Positions 1-8,754 of a stretch of 8,754 bases of DNA are shown here, piece after piece; the first letter of the stretch is position 1; the number at the start of each line of letters is the position of its first letter. The stretch is from Macrostomum lignano (taxonomy: Eukaryota). Made by a program: the position numbers and the translations under genes. The stretch is taken from positions 1 through 8,754 of the forward strand of contig NIVC01002938.1 of the NCBI GenBank assembly GCA_002269645.1. The letters are read 5' to 3'. The notes under the pieces are model-generated. The model saw nothing but the letters and a program-made list of their open reading frames with translations. It made no database searches and was not told the origin of the DNA.

Positions 1-8754
<8,754 letters not shown>

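Overview
The window is essentially one homopolymer: poly(dT) on the + strand, poly(dA) on the - strand. By manual count, 8713 of 8754 bases are T (~99.5%) and only 41 are not (36 A, 3 C, 2 G). An uninterrupted T run spans 604-8039 (7436 nt). The non-T bases are confined to the two flanks (15 in 1-603, 26 in 8040-8754) and become denser toward the window edges. No gene, RNA gene, mobile element, CRISPR array or regulatory element can be supported. The most parsimonious reading is a sequencing, library or assembly artefact, such as a consensus built from homopolymer reads with noisy ends. A biological origin as an enzymatically synthesised poly(dA)/poly(dT) product cannot be excluded from sequence alone, but nothing in the window positively supports it. 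I found no evidence of a new biological system here.
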